A stretch of 64,000 nt of DNA from Octopus sinensis (Eukaryota): NCBI RefSeq assembly GCF_006345805.1, contig NC_042999.1:117056001-117120000 (forward strand), written 5' to 3'. The notes beneath the pieces are model-generated. The model ran no database searches, had not been told where the DNA came from, and was given only the letters and a program-made list of their open reading frames with translations. Shown here in pieces: positions 38,227 through 51,295 of the stretch (position 1 is the first letter of the stretch; every line of letters begins with the position of its first letter). A program made the position numbers and the translations under genes.

Positions 38227-38942
38227 AATGTACAGCATTCTGTGAAAGCAGTTCAGTTGGAATCTTAAGCTCATCCTGTCTAATAAAGCTGAATTTACCA
38301 AACCATTACTCTCCATAACAATAATTTTCATCCCAGCACTGAGAGTTTATATTTTTTAGAGCATGGAGTCAATAAGGACTATCTTATCTTTAAAGAATGA
38401 TCAAAGATATTTTATAAATATGTTTTCTTTCATTTTCCCTTTCACTGTCACAAATATAGGTAAGAGTATCAATGTCACTCATGGAGGAAATTGCTTTTTT
38501 ATGAAATTATAACAGCCAAGCTGACAACAAGGTGAAAGATATCCACAGAAGTTCAAATTGTCGACCACAAGTTTCTCTCTCCATGTAAAGAGTAGACTGT
38601 ATGAGGCAAAGATTGTTTATCTTAAACAGCTCAATGTTATATGATCACATAACATGAATAAAAACAGAAAATCTTTTAAAAAATGAGGAGCAGCAAACTG
38701 AGTTTGCTGCAGAATAATTGACAAGAATAGCTGAGTACAAGTGAATTGCAAAAGTAGTTAATGCATATATGACAAAGCAGACAATTATGCTAGTAGGGAT
38801 ATATAACACAAATGGACAAGTACTAATGAGAGTAGGGGGATAAATAAATAAAATATTAAGTATTTTAAGGAAACAGTTGAAGCTATGTTAACCTTAGCAA
38901 AAGTGGATCATGAGAATTTTGGGAGAAGAACTAAGATCATTA

Positions 38943-39171
38943 TTAACCCTTTCGTTACCGTATTTATTTTGAGATGCTTTGTTTTTCTCTCAATTATTTT
39001 AAATATAACAAAGAATTTAGTAAAATAACTTAGCTATCATTAAGCTAGTGTTAGGAATATAAATTGCAACTAATGTTTGGTGGTATATTTTGATGCAAAA
39101 CTTATGAAAACAAGACATTTGTACTACAGAGCCAGAGCCAGTTTTGGCCGGGTTAGTAACGAAAGGGTTAA
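38943..39171 (+). mobile_element. TTAA-flanked piggyBac-type MITE (family P2), intact
   Basis: TTAA-ccctttcgttac ... gtaacgaaaggg-TTAA, perfect 12-bp TIR. Confidence 0.92.
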
Positions 39172-39507
39172 GAATATTTGATGTCAGAGATGACAATATG
39201 CATGTTTTGAAAACCTATCATATGGGCATGACTGTATGATAAGGAGCTTGCTTCCCAACCTCATGATTCTGGATTCAGTCTGTGTGGCACCTTGAGCAAG
39301 TGCCTTCTACTATAGACCAGGCCAACCAAAGCCTTGTGAGTGGATTTGGTAGACAGAAACTGAAAGAAGTCCATGGTCGGTGTGTGTGTTCCTTATGCAT
39401 TCAGAAACTGAGTTGCCAATTTTGGCGTATGGGGTATCTAAAGATTCAATAATCTTTCTGCTACCAAATAAACTTTATTTTCGTTTACATATTTTCTATG
39501 TTTTCTC

Positions 39508-39857
39508 AACAACCTGCTATAGTTACTTGAAAGACACTGCTCTACATCAACCAGGTTTCATTAGAAAGTGAAAATAGTTTCACACTTTCAATTTGAACCA
39601 AAATTACGTGACGATGTGTGAATAATGAAAGTAATGTTTCTCTGAATTAGTTACATCCGTACTATAATAATCAAAAACAACCTGCTATACTTACTTGAAA
39701 GACACTGCACTACAACAGACAAGTTTCATTAGAAAGTGAAAATAGTTTCACATTTTCAATTTGAACCAAAATTACTAAGTGTCGCATTACAAGAGTGACG
39801 ATGTGTGAATAATGAAAGTAATGTTTCTCTGAATTAGTTACATCCGTACTGTAATAA
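39508..39857. repeat. ~168-bp tandem duplication
   Basis: Units start at 39508 and 39676; the second unit has an extra ~19 bp. Confidence 0.92.
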
Positions 39858-41701
39858 ACAAAGCTGCTTTAACATCTATCTATATACACAAAAGCTACCA
39901 AATAAACTGTTTTTGGCACAACACATTTTTAATGCTAAAAGAGGTCGGGTCGCACAATTTTGAGGTCACTTTCAGGCAATATTTTGATTTGCTTCTAATG
40001 TTTCACTTTCATCCGATGTTTCACACATGTATAGAATTCTACTCTGACAAACATTATGAAAATGTACATGTAAATATTGTATTAAAATAAACCAAAACCA
40101 AAAAAACTTTCATTAAAAGACATCCATTTCTCTAGGTGTCACTCACTCATACATACAAAACAGATGTATGCATATATATTTATGTACATGTATATGAAAG
40201 ATAATGTGTGTGTGTGAGATAGATCAGGAGAGAGAGAGAGAGCAAGCGAGTGCCACTTACACATACATGCAAAAAGAAAAAAATACATACAACACAAACT
40301 TTCACTCTCTCTATCTCTCTCTCACACACACACATCCATCCATTTCATATACACGTACATACATCTTTCACTTTCTGACCTCACTTCAAAGCAAATGCTG
40401 CCTTTTCACTTCCTCCTCTCTTTCAATTCCTGCTCTCTTCAAATCATAAAGAAAGAAAAATTTTTTTACAGAAATTAACGAACAGTAATATGATCTCATA
40501 TAATCGGGATAAAAACTCTACTGCTTCAAATGAAAGAATGCCATAAAATAACTTCTTTTGGCATACACACACACACTAGGTAAAACTTTTGTATGAATTA
40601 TGTTATTTCTTGCTGTGTGCACATGCAAAATTACAGCTCAAATCCAATTGAAATGACCTTTATCCATTCTGTAATTTGTGTTTGTGATGAGCATATTTAA
40701 AAACCTGATCTTTAATATAAACTTAAAAGGAAGTTTTCCCAGAAATCCTGTCCATTACCTGTTGTTTCTAGCATGTCTGAGGTGACATTTGTGCCCCACC
40801 ACTTATTTTTTTTCCTGAATTTCTTCCAATTCCTGTTTTCTATACAAGAAATTAGGATTTCACTCGAACAACACCTTCTCAATATTTAAATTTTCTCCTT
40901 CTCTTCCCCAATATCTTCATTTTTTTTTTTCCAAATTTTTTTTCTTGGTAATCCACAGAAAGTATAAATCTTTAAGAATATTCTTCTTCCTTTCTTCTTA
41001 AAAGAAACACTAAAATCTCTTTTCTAAACATCAACCCATCACCTCACCACTTTCAGAAAGCTACAAACTACCACTGTTTCACTTTAATCTATCTGGAAAT
41101 TGGGGAAGTTTCTTCAGAAATAATGATTACCTGTTGTTTCTAACATGCCGGATTTACTGGTGGTGGTCTGGTATTTCAGAACAATTCTACGCATGTGTGA
41201 AACATCAGATGAAAGTGAAACATTGGGAGGTTTTAGCTTTTTGAAAGCAGGTAGGTGATGGGTGGGCACTGTGGGGGAAGGGGCATTAAGTAATTTCCCA
41301 GATTCGTAATCTCTGTATTTTTCTAGGTCGTTAAAAAAGAATTTGAAAAATGTTACAAACTAAGAAATTTCGATAGGGACAGGGGAAAATTAAAATTTAA
41401 AAAATGTGATTTCTGGGCAAAATTGTATTAACCCCCTTTTATACGATGAAACAATACATAGTTTGTGATCCTTCTTAAGAACAGAAAGCACTTTCATGCA
41501 AACCCATGCAAATAGTACCCTTGCCCAATTCACTTTTAAACAAACAATAACTTCCATTACACCAGTAATCCAGTTCACTATATATCAGCTGTGCTGATTC
41601 TGCCCATAAGAAAGGAACAAATAATAAAATGTGGCTGTAGGTCATAACATCTGGCCAATGCTGGGATGCATCACTAGTATGTATGTATGTATGTATCTCT
41701 A

Positions 41702-41753
<52 letters not shown>

Positions 41754-41799
41754 GAAATATGTTACCAAAAGAAAATAGAAACTACACGTGGAAATGTAA

Positions 41800-42620
41800 G
41801 GGGAAAGTAAAAAGAAAAATAATCGAAAATGCACATTGGAAATCAAAAACAGTAAAGGCTTTTTATGAAAAGTAACGAAAGATATATACAAGTAGATGAA
41901 CTGAGGTAGGGATAAAAGTAATAAAAGCCATTATTGTGAATTGTTAAAGAGATTCAAAAGCATACCGGTTTCGTAAAATTACTGATCACTGCTTTGAATG
42001 CACACCGATTAGCAAACGTTGTCAGGTCTACTAGTCTCTGAGTAAAAAGATTATGTGTAAGGGACGTAAGTAGTTCTTGATTTGGGGCAATTAGGGTAGA
42101 TATAGATCTGTAATGTGAATGGTGTATGGGATGTATGGGGATTAGTGGTATTAATTGAAAGGTTAGTAGTGTTCTGTATTAAGCTATGTGTTCATATTCA
42201 GTTGTGGAAGATATTTATTGATGAAAGTTGCCTCTTTATTCATTCTTTGTTGTACAGAGGTGTTCTGTGAACATTGATAGAAGGGGAAAATTAGGAAATT
42301 AGGATTAAGGTTCCTAGCACACCTTTCTATGTGTTCACTGACCTGTATCTGTCTGTAATGTAGGTGACAGATTTCTTCTTTGTAGAGAGTGGTTCTTCGA
42401 GGGAATGATATTCCTATTTGGCCAATATAATGATTACTACACCCTATGCATGTAATGGCAAAGATTAGATTTTCTGAAGCACTAGTGAAATTTGATATAA
42501 TCTTAAATATTTCACCTTGTTTAAATCACAGGTGATCTAAATGACTAAGTATGCTGGGTAAGTGTTGTAACGGATTACCAGGGCTTCAAGTTTAAAGTCA
42601 AGACAGGAGTTATGGAACCA
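41800..42620 (-). mobile_element. Penelope-like element 3' end: GIY-YIG endonuclease ORF plus 3' UTR
   Basis: Uninterrupted 113-codon frame 42525 to 42184: FKQGEIFKIISNFTSASENLIFAITCIGCSNHYIGQIG...RR...VSEHIERC...FLIFPFYQ...RMNKEATFINKYLPQLN*. Confidence 0.88.
41952..41999 (-). ncRNA. Degenerate type I hammerhead in the Penelope 3' UTR
   Basis: auucaaagca-GUGAUCA-guaauuuuac-GAAA-ccgg-UA-ugcuuuugaau; stem I and GAAA intact, CUGANGA mutated. Confidence 0.5.
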
Positions 42621-43004
42621 TTGTAGATTTCCAATATAGCAGATATATAATTGTTAAAGAGGACAACAAATGTTAAGGCAAGTCAAAAATCTCAAGTGAT
42701 ATACATTATTATTATTATTGGAAAAATTCAAAGTCTTACAGCTGTTTCTGGGATATCCCAGAGTATGGAATATTCTGTCATTGGAGACAAATAGAGAAAA
42801 TGAGAAGAGTATAGATTTATGAAATGACAACATAAAGGACAGGAAAAAGGAATGTGATGAAGAAAGAGAAAAAAGAAGCATAAAAGTTCACAGTTCAACT
42901 ATCTAATCATGTAGATGTTAGTCCATAAGTCCTTAGGTGCAATCCTGCATAAATCCGTGTAGGTTATAGTCATAATAGTGTAAATATCTAGAAGTGGACG
43001 CGAA

Positions 43005-43044
<40 letters not shown>

Positions 43045-44607
43045 TATAGGTATGTTTGTTTGTGTCCCCACAACTACCACTTGACAATTGGTGTTGCTTT
43101 GTGTCCCTGTAACTGATAGGTTCAGCAAAAGAGATCAGGGATTACAAAAAATAAATAAATAAAATTACATAATAATAATAATAAGTAAAGAGGCCGAGTC
43201 ATTCAACTTAAATCCTTCAAGGTGGTACCCCAGCATGGCCACAGCCCAATGACTGAAATGAGTAGAAGATAAAAGATAATCTATGAAGTAGATAAATACA
43301 AATGGCAATGATGATAAAATAGAGAGCAGAAAATTAAAAGTAGTTGAAATACCATCCAACAAAAGTAATTAACACATTTGAAAATTACTGCAATTATGCA
43401 GGTCAGGGTAATTTGATTACGTACATGCATATATGTGAGTAGTGACATATATGAGAGGAAGACATAACCAGTGAGCCAAACACATAAAACAACATTGTAT
43501 AATAATTTAGTGACCTCCACTGTTAATTTAAAATTGTGTGACATAATTTTACAAATACCATTTAAGGACAATGAAGATATATACGCTGATGATGATGATA
43601 ATGATGAAAGTAAAAATAATGAATTTATTTGCCTGCTGGACAGAAAGGTAAAAGACATTACAAACAGATATATGAGACAATATAAAGTATAGAATGTGCT
43701 ATGAATAACAATGAGATAGACAACTATATGAGTCACCTTGTTCTTCCACCAACACCACCTCTAATGATGTCATTGATAAGTAAAGTGATTCTAATGTCAA
43801 AACAACTGGTCAGCTGTCATCTTGAAAATAATATGTTGATCAACAGTCTTATTAAATGTTTTGTTTAGTAAGCAGAACATTGAGATTAGGCTTAAACCAC
43901 TCACTGCCATTTCAATCAAGTCATGAAGCAGATAAAATACAACCAATTGTTAAACTCCAACAATGTATTAACATATGACTAACTGTGAAGTAGATAAAAA
44001 TATGTAATATGGGAAATAGCTACTTCCTGAAATATTAATCTCATTGAAATATTCCAAAAAGTTTATAAGTTTTTTTTTTTTTTTGCTTTTTCTTGTGAGT
44101 ATGCACTGAATTGTTAAAAATTGTAGGCCATAGTTTTAGGCATCTGACAGTGTTAACTGTGAATGAGACTGACAACTAATATTAAGCATAACTCAACACT
44201 AGTAACAAATGCTTGAAATGATCCATCCTCCCAGCTCCAGAAATGTCTGGGTTGAAAACCTTTGACAATAGATCTGCTTGGCCATGGGCTTCAACAACAC
44301 CAACTATTCAAATTAATATTATACACTGTTGTTCAACTTGTTAAAAATAGCACCCAAATCACCCTCAAATAACACCCTACTGTATTAAAAAAGAGAAAAG
44401 ACATGAGGAATAATATATCTCCAGATAAACAGAACAGAAGCACAATCACTGTTTCATATCAAGGAAATAATCATGTACTTCAAGTTCTTGTTTGGGATAC
44501 CATACAATTAAAACCCTCACAGTTGTTCTCTTCACAGCCTTTAAACACCTCAGTTATGATCAACTGCTACCCTCAATAAAGCTTACCAAAAGCCATCAGA
44601 AGGGTAC

Positions 44608-45956
44608 AACTTCCACGTCAGGAGGGTATGTTTTGATTGTCGTTAGTTTGTCCATCTATGTGCGAAATAGCTCAAAAAGTTGTGAACGGTATTCAATGAA
44701 ACTTGCAGGAAAAGTTGGTAATGACACAAAGAACTGATGATGAAATTTTGGTAGTGATCCAGGAATTTTTATGGATTCTTGAAGGATTTTTCATTTGTTA
44801 TATTTACTTTACATGAAGTATTGTTACGTACTTTGATTATCTCCCTTGAAAACACTTCAGCTCCATGTAACCTATGGTGGTGTTGCTGTTTCCAAAGTTT
44901 ATTTTTGTTTCTCTATTAGTAATTTTACTCGCGTATCTATCTTAAAATGAGCTGCTTGGCAGAGGTCTGCAGAGGATGACATGACAAGCCTTGACTATTG
45001 GGATCGACTCAAAAAGCTCAGGCTTTGCTCCCTCCACTGCCGCTGTGAGCTCTATTTCATCTGTATGATGTGGAAAATATTCCATCAACATTGCTCATCT
45101 TTAAAATTTGTCCAAGGCTTGGCCCCCATGCCATCTGTCCACTACAGAAATGTTCATGTCATATCACAACACTATGACAGAACTATTTCACCTCAATTGG
45201 CCCTGCTCTCTTCAACATCGTGCCAGACACACATAAAGGAGGAAACTGACTTCCTGGCATTCAAACGATCCCTAGATGATTATCCCCAACAAATACCAGA
45301 TAAACCACCCACACCCAGATATGTGTCTCAAAACAATAACCCTCTGCTTGAATGGACTATAGCTCCTCAGAGCTGACTGTGTATCTTTTTCAGATGGTGC
45401 TATTAAATTAGACATGGCCTGAATCAACTTCGGCCGAAACTTATCTAAGTAATCTAATCTATGCTGTAACCTTTTAATCAAAGCATGACAAGGGTAGAGG
45501 CTGATGTCTTAAACATTTCTGATGGTCTTAAGTATAAATAAAATTATTAAAGATTTATATAGAACTACATTCAGAGTATGTCTATAAGCTATTGCGTTTA
45601 GACCTGGTTTCTATCCTCAAACTGTTCCGTTTTGTAGATGCAATTTTTTTTTTTTTTTTAATAAAGCACACCGAAATTAGAAAAATTAAAAATTTGCAAC
45701 AATCTCAGTCCCATGAGTATCAGATAATGGATTTTCAACTGTGTAAAGAAACTGATTGTGGTGATCGTAGTTTTGATGGTGATTGTGGTGAAAGCAGAGA
45801 CAGTGTTGATGATGATGATGGTTGAGATAGGTATGGGAGAAGGTTATGGTTTTGCTGGCATTGGTTTGGGAAATTGGGCAATTTAAAGCATGCATGTGTA
45901 TGGGTGGAAATGAGCTGCTTGGCAGAGGTCTGCGCTCTCCGAGTGCTTTTCTAGTT
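44608..45956 (+). mobile_element. Helentron-associated (HINE/DINE-like) non-autonomous element with duplicated 3' end and internal cargo
   Basis: 5' ttccacgtcaggagggtatgtttt...tcaaaaagttgtgaacgg..tcaatgaaactt; 3' ggcagaggtctgcgctctccgagtgc-ttttctagtt; 26-bp repeat at 44945-44970 and 45908-45933. Confidence 0.65.
44971..45465 (+). mobile_element. L2/CR1-group LINE 3' fragment
   Basis: SLDYWDRLKKLRLCSL...YFICMMWKI...FKRSLDDYPQQIPDKP; stem-loop and (tctaa)-like tail. Confidence 0.7.
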
Positions 45957-48900
45957 TCAGGTAAGTGTCTTCCATCATAGATTTAGATCAAACTGAACTG
46001 TGTGAACAAATCTGGCGAATGGAAACTTTGCAAATGGCTATCAGAGGGAACTATATCAGTTCTTATGTGGACTTGAAGATAACTCAATATTTTGCTGCAC
46101 TGCTTCCTACAGCAGCAACCCATGAGTCATGGTTTTACCACCCTTTCCAAAACAGTCTCAGAGAACTTGTATAAAGACTATAGCTACTGCCTTTTACCTA
46201 TGACTTAGTCATAAAGTAAAAGTTCCAAGTCAACCCAGATCCAGTGAACCTATATAATCAAAGACCTTCCAGCCATGATTACTCTGTCTTCTAACTAGAT
46301 AGTATAACAAACACTTCATTACCTAATAAGTCCCTTACTTTATTTCAGAAGGGTAGAATATGATTCAGCTACTATTTCTAGTAAGTTAAGTGAGCATATA
46401 GAAGTTTCCTTTTTAGCATGAGGGAGATATACTGCTTGCTGAATCTGCCTAATTTAAGAAATAGATTCCAGATTTGGATTCAGAATTAAATGCTTAAGAA
46501 CAGAAAAATAATATATCCAGGTATGAAACACTTGAGGTACACAAATGTTATCTCTCACTCTGTTTTGTATGTTAACATGCAAAAACTGATGTAAACAAAA
46601 GTACTATCGCTATCTCATGATGAATATACAGAAATTTTTAAGCTCAATTGAGAATTCTGATGCACTGGAAAACAATTTTAAAATGAAAATAAAATGTCTT
46701 CAACTTGAATACATAGGGAAGAGAGGGCAACTATGTGAAACAAACAATACAATTTGGTGTACAGAATGCCCTTGGCCAAACTAATAACAGTTAGTCAATA
46801 ATCAGTGTAAGAGTTCAATTAGTTACCTAAAGCACTATATCCAGCCTCAATCCAACCAAGGCCTTGTGAGTGGATTTGGTAAAGAGAAAATGAAAAAAGT
46901 CTGTTGTATGAGTGTGTGTGTGTACCTCTTCCTCTTGACATTACATTATTGTTGTAAATGAGTGTCACAGTTATACATGCAGTGTCATTTGTTGTTATGG
47001 GGAAATGTAAATTTGCTTGGAAACAAGTGAAGGTTGACAACAGAAAGGACATCTAGCCATAGGAAATCTGCTTAAACAAATTCTTTTTCACCAATGCAAG
47101 TATGGAAAAGTGAGCATTAAGGTGGTAGCAGTGGTTGTGTTGATGAAATGGTGGCAACAAAACAGTACAAAAATTTTATTTTATATTACTAGCTCAAAAG
47201 ACACTATTTAGAAATTGCTCACAGGCCACTATTGAAAAACTAAGCTGCTACAGCTAAGATGATTATTAGCATTAGATTTCAAATAGCATTAGTACCTAAT
47301 AAATAAATTAGGGTTCCTGATATGTATTGGATAGATAGAATTCTCAACACCAAAGTGTGAAACAAAGAACAGCCTATAAGTAAGCTCCATATTCTAAACC
47401 AACAATATCTGAGATGACAAAAATATGCTTGATGATTGGCTGCTGAGATTATTCCCAAAGACTTAGATGAAAATATAATCCTTAATGACAGAGTAAACAA
47501 AACTAGATTAACACAGGACCCAAAATGCTAAAGCAACTGGAACAATCAAAATATTATCATTTTAACATTCATTTTATAACATACAGCATATTGCTGCTTA
47601 TCTTGGACTTTTTTTGTCACAACTGTAGTGCTTCAATGTTATAAAATCTAACTTCAGAAAATCAACATATTACAATATATTAATAGCACTACAGTATTTG
47701 TAGTTCTAAGTGAGCAGAAGTCACTTTACAGCAAGAACTTGCAACTTCAAAGAGTGATTAATGATGTTAAAATGAAATTTTGCTTTTTCAAAGTGAAAAA
47801 ATATTGATTTCAAAGTGGGATTAGGACAAACAAGTTTATTTCATAGAAAATATACCACCAAAATTTCGCTTACAAGTGGTGTTGATGACAAATCCAATAT
47901 TGTACCTTCATTTATGCTTCATAAGGTGATGGATTGTTATTTATTACCATGTACAAATAATCAGGTAGTTCCTCAACTTACACATTGCTTCTACCTCAGT
48001 TACTCAAATCAATGCTGTAGATCGAGAAAGGTCCTAGTAGTCAATCCCTAATCACAATAATATGTAAATTTTGAGCAATGTTGGACAAAGCTATCTTCAT
48101 GCCTTATAAAATGAACTGCACAGGAGAAACTACTTTTCAGAACTCTGTATAAAGTTTGGCTTCCAATGGTTGATAAATAGTGGGGTTCTGTTTTTGTTTT
48201 ATTTATATCAATACTGTATTTTCTGTATGATAGTCTTCCTTGTTACATCTTTACATGTAGATACCTGATTTAATTAGCTAAGAACAACCCAAGTTTAAGT
48301 TTTGTTTAATTGAAATGTCCTCACTTTGAAATAGTTATTGCCCCTTTGAAGTGACAAGTACACACTAAAAATTACAAATACTGCAATAGTAGTTCAATAT
48401 TTGATATTCTTGATTGATTTCCTCCAGAAATCTGGTCTACAAGCAAACAGGAAAATAAGTAAGATATAATAAGCTACTGAAATGCTCAACAACAGAAATG
48501 AAACCAATCGATTCTATAAAAGAAAGGTATAATGAGTGGGTAACAGAATCAGTAGAGCATTAGTTGAAGTGAGTTCTTGCTCAGGTCCACCTTGCCCTAT
48601 TATCTTTCTGTTATTGAATGTTATCAACATTAACAAAAGTAGAGATGGCCCAATGTAACTAACAAATCATTGACCAAAATCAGAAGATCTTGGGAACTTT
48701 CAAATAACACATGGTGCCACTGAGACATCAGGTTATGATGAACTCTCCAAAAATGAATACATAAAATATGCATTTATGAAAAAATAAAATCAAGAGAATA
48801 AGAAGTCCTATAGAAAACACACACAAAAACCCCACCTCATATAAGGCTTTAAAATGTTGGCCAGATCTAACCCATTAGAGTTAAGGTGAATCAATATACT

Positions 48901-49064
48901 TAATGTGTCAACAAAAATATGATGGAAGATTATTTTTCCTTGGGTCACGAACTGCCATGTAGATGGCAAACTTGAGGCAAAATTTATTTATGAGGTACAT
49001 TCCAGAAGTTTTGAGACTTTTTTTCAGGAGAAACAGTTATAACTGTCTGAGATTTTATTGTCAT

Positions 49065-49715
49065 TATCATCATCGTTTAACGTCCGTTCTCCATGCTAGC
49101 ATGGGTTGGACGGTTCGACCGGGGATCTGGGAATCCAGAAGGCTGCACTAGGCTCCAGTCTGATCTGGCAGTGTTTCTACAGCTGGATGCCCTTCCTAAT
49201 GCCAACCACTCCATGAGTGTAGTGGGTGCTATTTACATGCCAGGCGAGGCTGGCAACAGCCGCGATCGGATTGGTGCATTTTATGTGCCACCGGCACGGA
49301 CGCCAGTCGAGGCGGCGCCTGCATCGGCCACGTTCGGATGGTGCTTTTTACGTGCCACCGGCACAGGGATCACAACTGCAGTTTCCATTGATTTTGATGT
49401 TGGTGTACTTGACTCAATGGATCTCCTCAAGCACAGGGGCGAAATGGTGTTTCTTCACTTGCCACCTGCACAGGAGTCAGTCCAGCGGTCCTGGCAACTG
49501 CCGGGTGCCAGTCATAGGATTGGTTCAATTTCGATTTCACTTGCCCCAACAGGTCTTCGCAAGCAGAGTTTAGTGTCCAATGAAGGGAGGTTGGCATCGG
49601 TGCCTGTCGTTGGATGAGGTTTGATTTCAACTTTGCTTGCCTCAACAGATCTTCGTGTGTCCAAGGGAGGAAAGGCATGCATAAGTAGGCTGGACTCACT
49701 TGTCCTGCCGGGTCT
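49065..49715 (-). mobile_element. Young RTE-family 3' UTR and terminus with internal repeats
   Basis: CpG-rich; three gtgccggtggcacgtaaaaagcacc-type units; (tga)n tail at ~49065. Confidence 0.8.
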
Positions 49716-49737
49716 TTGATTTTAGTATATTATTACT

Positions 49738-50493
49738 GTACATCTAATAAGTTGGCCTGCTAACTTTTTAAAATCCAGATTGAAGGAGTCAGCTGCAAGT
49801 GCACTTTGGATACACCCTACTAAACACTACTTGTCACAGCTGACTAATTTACAGAATGCAGTTGGGATGTGAAGACAATTTGGAAGCTCACTATGCATTA
49901 AAGATCTGTGTTAAACAGGGCAGGAATACTACAGAAAATTATGAAATGCTCCAGCATGTATTTGTATTAACTTGTATGAGTCGAGCATTTGTTTCTCGCT
50001 GGTAAAAGAGGCCAGGAAAAGCAAGTCTGACAGGAAGCTCATGATGATACCCTCTTTTGACAGGAAGGGTAACATCAACATCCACTGGGTTCCCTCTGGT
50101 CAGACAGTCAACCAGGCGTACTTAATGGAGGTTTTGAGTGAGTTCAGGAAGAGATTTCATTGCAAAAGTCCAAAACACATGTACCAAGACAATACAACAG
50201 TCCACAATTCCATTGTGGTAACTATCTGCTTGAGAGATATGAGCATCAAAATTGTCCCTCACTCTTTCTAAAGTCCTGACTTTGCTCCCAGTTTTGGTTG
50301 TTCCCCAAGCTGAAGGAGATCTGACAAAGTTCTTGGACACCTTCATTTTGGAGAATTTCTATGGGGTCTTCACAAAGTGGTTGGGATGCTACAACAAAAG
50401 CACTGAAGTCAGAGGATCCGACTTTGAAGGTGATTAGTGTTTTACACTCCTTTGAAAATAATTAAGGTTTCCTCTTCTGAAAAGCACCTTGTA
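49738..50493 (+). mobile_element. Internally deleted mariner transposon
   Basis: EARKSKSDRKLMMIPSFDRKGNINIHWVPSGQTVNQAYLMEVL...YQDNTTVH...IVPHS; boundaries approximate. Confidence 0.85.
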
Positions 50494-50989
50494 CAGTTCA
50501 GATTTAATTTCTAATCACAACTATTTCATTTACCTAACTAACACTTTTAAAAAGATAAAGTATAAACATCATAATTTCTGCTCTCCAGCTCCTAATATCA
50601 AGATAAATTACCAAAGGATGGATATTTCTGATAATGAAAATTCAAGTAATTAACTATTTATAAGTGGGTGGAAATGCTTAGAATTATTTCCTGTATTTTC
50701 AAATGACAAAGCAATATTAGTCACCATAAACTAATATTGTTTTTATTTTTTCATGATGTAACATTTTTCATGTTCCAAACTTTAAAAATATTATAGCCAA
50801 TGTAAATATCATGTGGAGGTTGCCCAAGGAATTGTCGAAATTTTAATTTTCTCTTTCTCTCTCTTCACACACACAGAATAGCTATCTCATGGATTAAAAA
50901 TACGACATAACATTTCTGCTCAAGATTACAAAGCAAAGTAGAGTGTCCAGTTACATTCCAGAACTTGACAATGGATATATATCATCATC

Positions 50990-51295
50990 ATCAACATCGT
51001 TTAGCATCCGCTATCCATGCTAGCATGGGTTGAATGGTTCAACTGGGGTCTGGGAAGCCAGAAGGCTGCACCAGGCCCAGTCTGATCTGGCAATGTTTCT
51101 ACGGCTGGATGCCCTTCCTAATGCCAACCACTCCGTGAGTGTAGTGGGTGCTTTTTACGTGCCACCAGCACAGGTGCCAGACGAGGCTGGCAAACGGCCA
51201 CAATTGGATGGTGCTTTTTACATGCCACCAGTACGGAGGCCAGGCGAGGCTGGCAATGGCCACGATCGGATGGTGTTTTTTATATGCCACTGGCA
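50990..51295 (-). mobile_element. RTE-family 3' end
   Basis: Same terminus as 49065-49370, with three repeat units. Confidence 0.8.

Noticed and set aside
41630-41685. Possible duplicated WDFY2 exon 2 (SDASQHWPDVMTYSH in ORF 41475..41891)
   Set aside because: Only superficial similarity to DSGQYWPSV, no matching splice sites, and it resembles a SINE tail fragment next to a microsatellite.
43281-43736. 151-aa ORF
   Set aside because: Composition-driven ORF in AT-rich, (gat)n-containing sequence.
45405-45450. Hammerhead-like ggcc…ggccGAAAC stem-loop
   Set aside because: No CUGANGA core; consistent with an ordinary LINE 3' stem-loop.
49093-49617. 174-aa plus-strand ORF and overlapping ORFs
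   Set aside because: Antisense reading of a GC-richer RTE 3' UTR.
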